Origin: Octopus bimaculoides
Lineage: Eukaryota
Length of the DNA stretch: 54,053 bases
Direction: 5' to 3'
Assembly: GCF_001194135.2 (NCBI RefSeq)
Contig: NC_068998.1
Span: forward strand, 34,330,270 to 34,384,322
Every line of letters begins with the position of its first letter. Position 1 is the stretch's first letter. The position numbers and the translations under genes were made by a program. The notes under the pieces are model-generated. The model saw only the letters and a list, made by a program, of their open reading frames with translations, had not been told where the DNA came from and ran no database searches. Below are positions 37,090-49,914 of this stretch, piece after piece.

Positions 37090-38110
37090 TCCATGCTGGT
37101 GCAAAGCTCCAAACAAACTAAGACTGACATGGTAGTGGAACAAGGAGGCAACAGGCTTGGAAACACAGTAAAAAATGATGGTAGCAGAGAATTATATTAG
37201 GTAGCTAGAAGAGAAACCCAGCTACAGTTTTACATAACAAAGGGAGAAGCAAAAAGTAAGAGAGTTGACCAATGTTCTGCAGGGTGAGGTATTTTGGTTT
37301 GAAAGACAGTGTATCAGAGAGAATTAGAATGTTGTAGGTGCGCTTGGTGATTCTATAAAGTAAGACGTATAGAAGTATTACTACGCAAGTTACTAAATAT
37401 GGAAAATGCATGGGAGAAATATAGTCTTCCCAATGAGAACCCAACTGTAGGACCAGCTTTCCTGTTTGACTCTAGTATGACAGATAAAACAATTAAGAAT
37501 ATGAAGCTGGAGAAAGCCCCTGGTCCATTAAGATCTGGTCTAGAAAGACAACTGCAGGACAAGCATTTAACTAAAAGTAACCTAACATACTTGGTTTTTG
37601 TTAATCCAGAGAAAGCCTTCAACAGTAATCTGGCAGTTTCTAAGGAAGCTATGGGTAGACAAATGGCTGGTGTGAGTCACTTATGCCATATACAGAGGTG
37701 CTGTCCAGTAAGGTGAGAGAAATGAGTACAACAATGAATTTAGTGTACAGGTAGAAGTTAACCTGGGCTCCATTCTTAGTCTCCTCTTATTCATCATAGT
37801 CCTCCCAATCATAGCAGATGAATTTAAGAATGATTGCCCTTGTGAGCTACAATATGTTTTATACTATATACTGATGACCTCATTCTTATAGGAGAATCTG
37901 TAACAAAAAAAAAAAAATCCTAGGTGTGGAGCAAAACTTGAAATCAAAGAGCCATAAAGATATCTCACCTGAAAGCAAACTTCAAGTAAGCTGGAAGACA
38001 GACAAGTCTCTAGTCTTTTCAGGAAAATGGCTCCACTCAATATGTAGGGAAAAGTTTGGTAGAAATTCCATGTGGTGTACCTGGTACAAGCTATAAATGT
38101 AAAGGCAGTA
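37090..38110 (+). mobile_element. RTE-clade LINE ORF2 fragment with internal deletions
   Basis: WEKYSLPNENPTVGPAF..IKNMKLEKAPGP; RQLQDKHLTK..LVFVNPEKAF; VQVEVNLGSILSLLLFIIVL..EFKNDCPCEL; tatactgatgacctc (YTDDL); CREKFGRNSMWC. Confidence 0.88.
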
Positions 38111-39344
38111 CAATGGAACCATAGGAAAGTTAACAGAAGAAGTAGATTTTGTATTTGAAGAATAAATTCTAAAAACACACCAGAAATAAATATTTTTGAG
38201 TACTCAGGAAGTTCTCTTCAGGTTATAAATAGTATTTGTTACCTTGACCAAATAAACATGAGGTTTCCTAACGTGCAAATTTACTAATTTGTGGTCAATA
38301 TCATATTTGTAGTATGATAATGTAAGTTCAATATTATTCTCACCAATTTTGGAATTGTTCACCAATTCTGAGAGGATCTTAAACCTTTTTAGCAAACTGT
38401 TCATATGGGTTAATTTTTTTATGTAACTAGATTACCAAGCAGTCAAAGAGTTGATTTAGAACTTCTATTTGAAATTAGCCTGTTCCATCTGAACATTTCT
38501 TTGTGACAATGCATTTGGAAGAGCAGAATAACATGAGATGCTATCTTCATACAAATATTTTGCTTCTTTTTCATAGTGCGCTGTGCTATTGCCTGAATTT
38601 TCTTATTGTCCATTAATAAGCAAAAATAAGACAGTATCTGAAGATGACCTTTAAATATGTCAAAACCTCTCACTTGAAATTTCTTCCTTGTTTTGTTGAA
38701 ATGTTACAAGATTTCTTCCCAAATGGCTGCAGATATTGTATATTCCAACTTCACCAGTTTGTGATATAAATTCTCTGCAATATTCAGGTTTCTCATCTGA
38801 ATCTTTAAATATATGATTGATGGTATTCATTTTCAATTTACCTGGCTGTTTCATAGTGTGTTTCAGTATCTAGTTACACTTAAACCATTCAAAGCAAAAT
38901 CTAAATTGCCCTATGTGTTTAAAATTCTGCGTCTTCATTGAAATCTAGAAAAGAAAACATGCAGCACTTGCAAAATGCCAAAATATTCAATAACTTCAGT
39001 GTCTAATAGGTACTTCTTTTCTCCAACAAGGTACAGTGTATGAGCTACACATTGCACAGGATCTACTAACATGTAAATGTTTTTAAAGCATGCTTGTATC
39101 ACTTCTCTAAGCCCTTCATGTCATGCATTTTCATAGGACTGACCATGGATTTTTTTTTTATGTGAAAGCTTATCTTCACTCAGGACTTTTATTTTGTCGA
39201 TCAAGGACCTGTATGAATGGTTTTCTATCAGTAAAGACATTAAAAATCCCTCATGGGATTTTTGTATCAGTCCTCTCCCCACCTACTCCCACATTCATTT
39301 GTGCAATTTCTTTTTTCTTATTTGTTTGCTTTGCGTTCAGTAAA

Positions 39345-39560
39345 GGCAACTGGTTTCAAATTTTAGCACAAGGCCACCGACTACAGGGGAGGGGGTAAGT
39401 CGATTACATCCACCCCAGTGCACAACTGGTACTTATTTTATTGACTCAAATAGGATGAAAGACAAAGTTCACTTCGGCAGATTTTGAACTCCAAACAGAA
39501 GGATGGACAAAATGCAACAAAGCATTTTGCCCAGTGTCTTAATATCAAGCTACAATTACC
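39345..39560 (-). mobile_element. SINE family B
   Basis: ggtttcaaattttagcacaaggcc..taagtcgattacatc..actggtacttattttattgac..tttgaactc. Confidence 0.85.
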
Positions 39561-39999
39561 AGTTGGAAGTTATAATAATTGTTTAGCATTTGGTGTCTTT
39601 GTTGCTAATTGTTCATTCAAAAATTGCCTGAACTCTACAGTAAGTTCAGTGGCTCCCATAAAGTTTCCACTGTTCATTATTCATCTCAACACAATATTGC
39701 CCTCTTATATTCCATACTATGTTCATAATTCACCAGAATTTTGAGTATATTCATCCAGTCAGAAAACCCATGTGTTATGAATGATTTCGGCATTCAGAAA
39801 AGGATTAAATAAACAAAGCAGTATTTACAGCATTCACTCTTTGAGTATACTAATTAAGATCTGATCACCAACTGGCCATTTTGCAATCTTTTTTTCAAAA
39901 TATTTGTTTGATAAATGTTTGTTTGCTCCCTGTAAACCCCAACTGCTCTGATATATACATCAGCTTTACTTTTTATTTTGAAAAAACTTTGTCATACAT

Positions 40000-40143
40000 T
40001 AGCCAAGCTTGCTTACCAACCACATGGTTCTGGGTTCAGTCCCACTGTGTGGCACCTTGGGCAAGTGTCTTCTACTATAGCCTCAGGCTGACCAAAGCCT
40101 TGTGAGTGGATTTGGTAGATGGAAACTGAAAGAAGCCCGTCAT

Positions 40144-40181
<38 letters not shown>

Positions 40182-40191
40182 NNNNNNNNNN

Positions 40192-40231
<40 letters not shown>

Positions 40232-40432
40232 TGTGTGTGCTTGTCCTCCCAACATCACTTGACAACCAATGCTGGTGTGTTTACGTACCCGTTACTTAGC
40301 GGTTCGGCAAAAGAGACTGATAGAATAAGTACTAGGCTTACAAAGAATAAGTCCTGGGGTCAATTTGCTTGACTAAAGGCGGTGCTCCAGCATGGCCACA
40401 GTCAAATGACTGAAACAAGTAAAAAGAAAGAG
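40000..40432 (+). mobile_element. SINE family A, full-length (10-N gap in the internal microsatellite)
   Basis: Highly similar to 6677-7070. Confidence 0.93.
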
Positions 40433-41899
40433 TAAAGATTGTTGAGGGTCAGTTTGAAATCACTGAATTTGTTTCTTGAACCCTAACTCTGCTCTGCCCC
40501 GTCTTATCTTGATCTGTGGTACTTTCTTGTTCACTATGATTATTTGTGGCAAAAGTGTCAACAGTAGGCTGAAAATAATCCCCAAAACATCCCACAGTTT
40601 GTGTGTTATACTAGTATCACTAGGTTTTTTTTTCAGCTGTAGATTTTGACAAACGTAACATTGTAAAATAGTTTGACCTTTTGATATTCAGAAATTTCAT
40701 CTTACTGTTGTTTTCCTTTAGTTTGTGTTTTTGGTATCTATGTAAGCACTTTCATGAACTCATTGTTATTCCTCTTGTATTAAGAATAGGTAAAATTTCC
40801 TTAATCACAGTAGGACAGGCCTTGATTATGGTAGGAGAATATGAGTGAAGCACAGGCAAAATACTTTTATTCGAGTTTTTAAGTCAAGGATCAGGTTGAA
40901 ATCGATGAAACAGAAATTGTCATTGATGAAATAAAAGCATTCAAGGAAGTATTTCTTAAACTATTCCCACAAAGCTAATTCAGTTACAGTTAATGGTTTG
41001 TGAAAGTTGTTTAGTGCAAACTGTTTAAATAAAAAATTAAATACAATATTACAGTGTTATTTTAATTTCTTCCATAAGATTTTTTAATCACCACAAAAAA
41101 ATTTTGTGTATGCAGTTTAACTCTTGACAATTAATATTCACTGAAGACAATGTAAGTATAGACTTGGAACAGTAGTTTAGTTCATTGTCATAAAATGATT
41201 GAGTATTCATGATGATATTAATATTCTAAATTATTCGTTAGGATATATTCTAACCTCAGAAATTGAAGTTACTCTGTTGCTCATTCTAAATGATAACTGA
41301 GAAAGCTAAGAACTCAAGCTAATTGTAATCCTCTGGAACACCTAAATAAATTTAAACTTTCAAAATGTTTTATAGTATTCAATATCTCTTATTAACATTG
41401 TGAGCAGGCCTTTTGTTAGGTTTTTATACTGGAGAATAATCTCTTAGATTTTCTAGCTGCATATTAATTCATAACAATTCCGAGACAGAGTTTCAGAATA
41501 AGCAAGCAATCATGATTTTTTTAAGCAATTTCCTTGATTTAAATACATCAGTATTTTATAATAACAGTCTTCATTATTAACGATTGACAGACCTTTTATC
41601 GAGGAAAAAAATAAAAGTAAACATTTCAAAATTCGAAACAGAAAAATATTTTAACGTGAATTAAATACAGTAAATTTTTAATACAAAGAAAATAAAATTT
41701 AAGTTAAGCAAAACAGACTTAAAGAAAACAAAATATATTCAGTAAACTTTTTGATAGACTTGATCTTAGCTAAAAAAAAAGGATGTCTGGCAAATTTGTT
41801 AAAAAAATGAAGAATTTCTTATTTTTCATATAAATTGTAAGTCATTAGTAATATTAATGTGTAAGAATTTGATCAATGAGTGTGGTATAATGTATGTAT

Positions 41900-42115
41900 G
41901 AAGGTGGTGAGCTGGCAGAATCATTACCATACTAACCAAAATACTTAGCGACATTCTGTCTGTCTTTACATTCTGAGTTTAAATTCCACCAAGGGGAACT
42001 TTGCCTTTCATTCATTCAGGTTCAATAAAATAAGTACTAGTTGATCACTGGGGTTGATGTAATTGACTTAGACTGCTACCCTGAAATTGCTGGCCTTGTG
42101 CCAAAATTTGAAACC
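41900..42115 (+). mobile_element. SINE family B
   Basis: ggtggtgagctggcagaatc..ctgagtttaaattccacc..ggccttgtgccaaaatttgaaacc. Confidence 0.88.
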
Positions 42116-42351
42116 TTTATGTATGTGTGTGTGTAATTGTGGAAGTGTCTCTGAGTATGCATAATGTATGCATAATGTATGTGCGTGTGTGCTTTAACCA
42201 AAGTAAATATTACTAAATATGAATAAAAACAACCCTACTACTTCGTTTTTGTATCTGGTTTGCAAGATTCTTTATGGGAATTCGTGTGTTGAAACAAATT
42301 TTGCTGTATCTTGGGAAAATCATACTGCCTTAATATCCAACACACTCAATG

Positions 42352-42567
42352 CAGTGAGCTGGCAAAAATGTTAGCACGTTGGGCAAAATGCTTAGTGGTA
42401 TTTCGACTGTCTTTATGTTCTGAGTTCAAATCCCACTGAGGTTGACTTTGCCTTTCATCCTTTCAGGGTTGATAAATTAAGTATCAGTTACATACTGGGG
42501 GTCGATCTAATTGACTGGGCCTCTCCCCCAAAATTTTGGGCCTTGTGCCTAAAGTAGAAAAGAATAT
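42352..42567 (+). mobile_element. SINE family B
   Basis: gcagtgagctggcaaaaatgttagcac..ctgagttcaaatcccactgagg..gggccttgtgcctaaagtagaaaagaata. Confidence 0.88.
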
Positions 42568-42689
42568 TTAACACACTCTCTGGTTCAATTTCCACTCATT
42601 TATCATTTATAATTTTTTTCTTTTGAAAATTTTCATTGCTTTTACAACCTTGTCACTGGATGTTTGACTGTCTGTAATTGGAGCTGTGG

Positions 42690-43046
42690 TCCTTTTGTGT
42701 GTTTGTGCATGTGTGTGTGCCGCAGTTTGCATGTGTGCTTGTGTATGCGCATATGTATGTATGTGTGTATGCATATATGTATGTATGTGTGTACATATGT
42801 ATGAATGTATTCTGCACATTCATGTGTTTGTGTGTGCATGTTTGTGTGTTTGTATGTGTGTGTATGTATTTGTGTGTGTACCTCTGTCTCCTTGTGTGTG
42901 TGTGAGCATGTCTATGCATATGAGTTTGTGTGACTATGTACATGTGTCTGTTATGTATGGACATGTGTCTCCATATGTGTCTTTGTGTGTATGCATGTGG
43001 AGTGTGTATGTGTATATTGTCATGTGCTTATGTCTCCTTTTTGTGT
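42690..43046. repeat. Degenerate (GT/AT)n low-complexity tract before gap 43047-44007
   Basis: Read directly from the sequence. Confidence 0.9.
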
Positions 43047-44007
43047 NNNNNNNNNNNNNNNNNNNNNNNNNNNNNNNNNNNNNNNNNNNNNNNNNNNNNN
43101 NNNNNNNNNNNNNNNNNNNNNNNNNNNNNNNNNNNNNNNNNNNNNNNNNNNNNNNNNNNNNNNNNNNNNNNNNNNNNNNNNNNNNNNNNNNNNNNNNNNN
43201 NNNNNNNNNNNNNNNNNNNNNNNNNNNNNNNNNNNNNNNNNNNNNNNNNNNNNNNNNNNNNNNNNNNNNNNNNNNNNNNNNNNNNNNNNNNNNNNNNNNN
43301 NNNNNNNNNNNNNNNNNNNNNNNNNNNNNNNNNNNNNNNNNNNNNNNNNNNNNNNNNNNNNNNNNNNNNNNNNNNNNNNNNNNNNNNNNNNNNNNNNNNN
43401 NNNNNNNNNNNNNNNNNNNNNNNNNNNNNNNNNNNNNNNNNNNNNNNNNNNNNNNNNNNNNNNNNNNNNNNNNNNNNNNNNNNNNNNNNNNNNNNNNNNN
43501 NNNNNNNNNNNNNNNNNNNNNNNNNNNNNNNNNNNNNNNNNNNNNNNNNNNNNNNNNNNNNNNNNNNNNNNNNNNNNNNNNNNNNNNNNNNNNNNNNNNN
43601 NNNNNNNNNNNNNNNNNNNNNNNNNNNNNNNNNNNNNNNNNNNNNNNNNNNNNNNNNNNNNNNNNNNNNNNNNNNNNNNNNNNNNNNNNNNNNNNNNNNN
43701 NNNNNNNNNNNNNNNNNNNNNNNNNNNNNNNNNNNNNNNNNNNNNNNNNNNNNNNNNNNNNNNNNNNNNNNNNNNNNNNNNNNNNNNNNNNNNNNNNNNN
43801 NNNNNNNNNNNNNNNNNNNNNNNNNNNNNNNNNNNNNNNNNNNNNNNNNNNNNNNNNNNNNNNNNNNNNNNNNNNNNNNNNNNNNNNNNNNNNNNNNNNN
43901 NNNNNNNNNNNNNNNNNNNNNNNNNNNNNNNNNNNNNNNNNNNNNNNNNNNNNNNNNNNNNNNNNNNNNNNNNNNNNNNNNNNNNNNNNNNNNNNNNNNN
44001 NNNNNNN

Positions 44008-46248
44008 CATGAAGTTCTGTATATGTTTCTTTACTTCATAGTGTTCACATATAGGGGCACGTTATTCCTTATCCTAACAAAGTCTGCTATCAGTATGTTA
44101 ATTTTCGTATTGTGTGACAAAGCTGAGTTCTTGTGAACAACATATTTAAAAGCTATGGGTTTCATGTAATAGGAGTGGAGGTGCTGCACTCTGTTGTTCA
44201 CAGTCTCTAACCAAAGTTCAGTATCAAGGACAGGGAATCTATTGTTAGGGTGCCTAGTGGGGTAATCTATAGTTACCTTGATACTTTGGTGGATAGAGTT
44301 AGTTACATACTGGATACTCTCCATTATGCTCCTCTTGGTTTCTACACTACATTTACTAAGGTTTCTCCTAACTTGAATATTGATATCATCTACATACCGA
44401 CAGTAAGACAATACAGTTGTGGATTGTTCAGCTAAGGATGGTTTAAGTTTTCTGTTGCACCAGGTCATGAAGAGGCTGGCCACATCTCCAGCCGCACTGA
44501 CACCAATGGCTGCACCCTGAACCTGCATGTATAGTTTCCTTTCAAACTACATTTTGTGGTTCTTCAAGGGGGATCTTATGCAAGCTCCTATAGCATGCAC
44601 CATCAATCTTTTGCACCTGATTGTTGTTCTCAGTTTCCTGGGTGGGGATGGTCCAGCCACTCCAGTACTTTGAAGTGCTTTTCTTCACTGCTGAGATGAT
44701 GGCGAATGAACTTCCCCTCTGTGACCTGATGGAACAGAATCTACTTAAATCATGGTTGCCTAGGTAGTTACAATCAGAGCTTAGTTTTAGAAGGAGGCCC
44801 AGTTCCCTCGTATTGACTTCACAGAACTCAACTTCACTCTCACAGATAGTCTCAATGCATTTTTCTCATCTATGTGTATAGATGGGTTGAGTGAAACTAC
44901 ATCCATGCTACCCATTACACAACCTGCAAAGTTGTTGGAGTGGTTGCAACTACTGATTCTACCGAGGAGGTCCTCCATGCTCTCACAGATATTGAGGGAC
45001 ATTTCAGAGAGTGTTCACAACACCTGTGTGAGGAAGTAGGATAACCTATAATTGCTGGAGATATTCACTCTGCAAACTGGCCAGGTTGGGGGCCCCATAA
45101 TGAGGTTTACATAGGGTTTATGGTCCTTACATAACCTATATAGTGTAGGAACATCGTTGTTGAATGCTTGGAAATTTTATGCAGTCCGTTTTGGGAGTTG
45201 GATTATGTTGCACTACATACCTGTGTGTGCATTGAGAAGTTTTTCTACTCTTTCTTGTTCCTGTGATGCAACTTCTCTCATGCTACTGATGTGTTGTTGC
45301 ATGGCCTGGACATAGATCTGTGGGCTGTCTATCAACAGTCTGCCAGACTTGTCTGTAGGGAGGCACACTAATTCCCTGTTCCTAATTCACTGTTTCAGTT
45401 TTTGTAGGTCTTTGGCAACTGGTGAACTGAGTTAGTGGGTCTCATCCACATTATATTTTTTAGTGGGTTTATTATATCGGCCCAAGATGTGCAGGAGTCT
45501 ATTTCTAGTTAAAGAAATCTTTGCCTCTGCCTCACTGTCTGTCTGTAGTGGGATACATTCCTTTTGTTGAAGGGTAAGTCTGTGGGGGTAGATCCTCATC
45601 ATGTCGTACGATTTACCTTGGGGGTTATAGAAGACAGAGTCAATGGTGCAACCGGTGTTACTATTACTGTTGTTGTTGTTGTTTTTGTGGGTGTTGATGG
45701 TGTTGAAAGTGGTGGTGGTACTGGTGGTGGTGTGGGTAATGTTGTAGCTGGTATTGTTGTTTGTGTGTAGTGTGTTGTGGTTATCATTGTTGTCATTGTC
45801 ATTGGCTGGAAATGATTTTGTGAAAAAATGCAAACAAATGAGACTTTTCTATGATGTTTTGTTTGTTTAGGTGCACACATGCACGAATATATTGATGTAC
45901 AGTGGGCTCCTTCCAGTTACCATATTTCATTCACAAGGCATTGGTCAACCAATGGCTGTAGTAGTACACATATATGTACTCTTTTACTCATTTCAGCCAT
46001 GTGGTTGCAGTCATGGTTGAGCACCACCATGTTGTTGTTATTGTCACAATTGCTGTTGTCATTAACATAATTATTGTTGCTGTTGTTTTGGTTTCGTATG
46101 TTTGTGTTGTTGCTGTATTGTCCTGATCTCCATCTTATTTTTAAGAATGTTTTTTCAAACTCAGACAGACAATCAATTTTTCTGACCTTCTTATATGTAG
46201 CGAATTTCGGTGGTAACTCTAAGGAATGCATTTCATCCCTATCTAGGG

Positions 46249-46280
<32 letters not shown>

Positions 46281-46660
46281 AGTGGTGGTGGTGGTGGTGG
46301 TGGTGGTGGTGGTATTGTTTTTCATTGTCTTGGCGTTGAAGTCCTTCAGTAGTTCACATTCCGACATGATGATCCTGTCGATATTGTTTGAGTATCTGTG
46401 TTGATTCTTACGATGCTGAAACCCTTATTGCTGTTTGTTACATACATGGTTAACTCAGCAGTATTCTTGCTGGATGAGTGACATGAATCTGTCTGTTTCA
46501 TGTGGTGTTGTGGTGTTCTTCAGTTCATGCAGTAGGACACGCTTCTGTTTCTGGTATTGGTTGATTTCTGTGTATATTGTGTATTCTAATTTTCTTGCTT
46601 GGTGTTCTAGCCACTTAAACAAATGGAAATTGAACTGGCGAATCTATTAGATATTAAGGC
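44008..46660 (-). mobile_element. Penelope-like retroelement, RT-containing ORF, pseudogenised; 3' end lost in the gap
   Basis: Minus strand: LELPPKFA..FEKTFLKIRW; PTDKSGRL; PTLYRLCKDHKP; motif A GSMDVVSLNPSI (44903); motif B' QVQGAAIG (44519); RYVDD (44385-44396); FPVLDTELW; HSYYMKP..SALSHNTKINIL. Several stops and frameshifts. Confidence 0.9.
45803..46031 (+). repeat. 229-bp segment identical to 48360-48588
   Basis: No differences on manual comparison. It interrupts the PLE between (TTG)n-type tracts. Confidence 0.95.
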
Positions 46661-47504
46661 AGTACGACTCTCTCCAGACATAACTAAACCCTACTACTAC
46701 TACTACTATTACAATTACTATTTATGATAATAATAATAGATATGGAGTGAGATAATCATGATGATGCTGGTTTAGAGAGCTGAACAGTTGGAGCCAGTTT
46801 ATTGGGTCATAGGCAATAAAATATTAAACCAAGAATATTTCAATGAAGAGGAAATAAGAACAACAAAAAATAGCAACATCATATATATACATACATATAT
46901 GTATATACACACACGCACACATTTACACACACAGACATTTACACACACATATGTATATACGTACATATATATTTACATGCATGCACAGACACACACACAC
47001 AAAATTTATTTACTGTATTTTTTTGGACTGCTTCTGGTTTTTTGCTTATGTTGTTACTGTTTTAGTTTCTTCATTCTTGTTTTCATCTTGCTTCTGTATC
47101 TTTGGCTCCATATTAGTGTCCCTAGGCAATTTTTCCATCTTTTGGTCTGAGTACACTCTTATTTATTTATTTATTTTCATTCTTTGTTTTTGACTTCAGA
47201 AAACATTTAGCAAAATCAAAGTTTCAAAGTAACTTAGTAGACAAAGGTTTTATATCTGCAGCTAAATTTGAGAGTGAAGAAAAATGCATTCATTGAAATA
47301 CAATTGCTCCTGTGGCCCCTCCAAGATGAGGTGCCATTAATATCAAGCTTTATTAGTCTTATAGTAAATCTATCACTGATATATTCATGTATCTATCTGG
47401 TTGTCTGACTGTCTGACTGTCTGTCTGACTGTCTGACTGTCTGTCTCTATGTACGTACGTACATACAGACAGATGGACAGATAGAAAAGTGCATAGGCTG
47501 ACCA

Positions 47505-48025
47505 AGATACTCTCATGGAATGTGACCAATTGAGGTTTATTTTTCAACATGGTCTCCCTTGTGGTTCACACATTTCTTCCATCGGTGTTGATTTCACTGA
47601 AGATGTTTTAATCTCGGTCAAAAAAGACATCAACAGCAGATATGACATCATCATCACTGCAATACTGGTTCCTAGCCAAGTGTTTTTTCATGATGGGGAA
47701 CAGATGATAGTCAAATGGGGTCAAATCAGGAGAACAGAGAGGTTGATCAACCAGTTCAAAGCCACAGTCACGGACAGCAGGCGTTGAAACCAAGCTGGAG
47801 CATTGTCTTGATTACACAAGATCCCTTTCATCAGTTTTTCTGGGTGTGTCATCTCGGTAGCCTTTTGTAACTGCCTCAGCAAGTTTGCATAGTACTCTCC
47901 ATTGATGCTGTGACCCTTTTGAAGATGGTCAATAAAACATGATGTATTTTCTATCCCCAAAAACTGAGACCATCACCTTCCCTGCAGACGAAATGACCTT
48001 GGCCTTCATTGGAGCATGCTTTCAT
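47505..48025 (-). mobile_element. Mariner transposase C-terminal fragment (irritans-like)
   Basis: KAKVISSAGKVMVSVF; KGHSINGEYYANLLRQL; QDNAPA; CGFELVDQPLCSPDLTPFDYHLFP. Confidence 0.9.
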
Positions 48026-48359
48026 TTGGTTACACTTGGGAATCCTGCTGGAGAGTGTAATAACAGTTGCTTTTTATATGACCCAGTGGAGAAGGTGTCT
48101 GAGGACTCTACCCCCATGACCCACCGAGGAACAGTGGGCAGAAAAGATAGATGATATATATATAAACCCTCATCATCGCCACCATCATCACCACCACCAC
48201 CACCACTACCACCACCATCATCAATATCAGTGTTTTGATATCCACATTTCCATGCTTGTATGGGCAAGATAAAATTTTTGTTGACATAGATAATTTTTCT
48301 ATGGGTGGATTCTCTTCTTGTCACCAATCCTTATCTGTTTTCAAGTAATATTTCCCCAG

Positions 48360-48588
48360 TGGCTGGAAATGATTTTGTGAAAAAATGCAAACAAATGAGA
48401 CTTTTCTATGATGTTTTGTTTGTTTAGGTGCACACATGCACGAATATATTGATGTACAGTGGGCTCCTTCCAGTTACCATATTTCATTCACAAGGCATTG
48501 GTCAACCAATGGCTGTAGTAGTACACATATATGTACTCTTTTACTCATTTCAGCCATGTGGTTGCAGTCATGGTTGAGCACCACCATG
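48360..48588 (+). repeat. Second copy of the 229-bp segment
   Basis: Identical to 45803-46031. Confidence 0.95.
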
Positions 48589-48589
48589 A

Positions 48590-48850
48590 AAGCACATGAC
48601 ATAATAGTTAGGATATTCAGCTCATGAATATCCTAACTATTATATCAGTTCAATACCCAGAGGTGCTTTGTGTTCTTGAGCAAGACTCTTTATTTCACAT
48701 TGCTTCTGTCCACTCAGCTGGCAAAAATGTGTAGTACCTGTATTTCAAAGGGCCAGACTTGTCCCATTCTGTGTCAAACCAAGTCTCCCTGAGGATTATA
48801 TTAAGACCATGTGTGTCTCTAGAGTGCTCAGCCACTTGCACATTAATTTC
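48590..48850 (+). mobile_element. SINE family C with a rearranged (palindromic) head
   Basis: gcacatg..ttagga..agttcaatacc..gtgttcttgagcaagactctttatttcacattgc..ctcagctggcaaaaatg. Confidence 0.8.
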
Positions 48851-49593
48851 CATTCATCAGATTAACTGGAGCACACATTATCATAACCGATCAAGAGCCA
48901 GATATATACAGGTATACAAATAATTAAATGCATTTAAAAAAACCTACAATGAGAGCAAATCTATAAGAATCAAATAGTCAAGTTTATAAATATATTCAAA
49001 AATGATGCTTCTGTCCCTCAGAACTCAGAATTTTACATTTCTGCTTTTTACTGTAAATGTTATTCTTAGTCAATCAGCAAACTTTATAGGTATTTCAAAT
49101 TGACAAAGTCGATATTAATTGATAGCATAACCATTTTTCGTTTATTGCAGTATATGTATATAAACATGTGTACATATATGCATACATGTACATATGTGTG
49201 TATGTGCATGTGTATGAGTGCATCTATGTTTGTGTCTACATAGGTATATAAAAGTAATCTGTGGAGGTGTTGACATTAACAGACATAAAATGTATATATT
49301 TAAGAATTAAATCAATTGATTTACCTACTCACTACTATAATCAATACTTGCATTATTTATGTAGTAGTAATTTTATAAGACTATCATCAAATGTTACTTT
49401 ACTCACGAACACTATCAGATGAAGCCACCATTACAATTTCTAACATATAGATTTATATACCCCTCCACACATGCACACACACATATATACACACACACAC
49501 ATATATACAGCTCATGAATATCCTAACTGTTATATCAGTTGGGCCGTTGTGGGCAATAAATAAAATCACACATATATACATACATATATATAT

Positions 49594-49625
<32 letters not shown>

Positions 49626-49914
49626 GCAAACACACACATATATATATATATACATGCACACACTCACACATACACACACACACTCACACAGACACATATG
49701 TAGAGAGAGATAGAGAGAGAGAGAAAGAGAGGGGGAGGAAAGAGAGAAAGATAAACCAAGTATTTGTAAAACAAATTTCTCAACCATGCACTCATGCCTT
49801 GCAAGTGTGTTTGAGTCTGTACATAAATCACATTAATTCAGGCTTCTGTACAGTTTCTGTCAATTTGTTTTCACTTCCATGGCTTAGATTATCCCAAAGC
49901 TATGGTAATCCTTT

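Noticed and set aside
44008-46660. PLE as a selenoprotein-coding Naiad element
   Set aside because: In-frame stops are a mix of TAG, TAA and TGA with frameshifts, which indicates ordinary decay, and no N-terminal GIY-YIG is visible.
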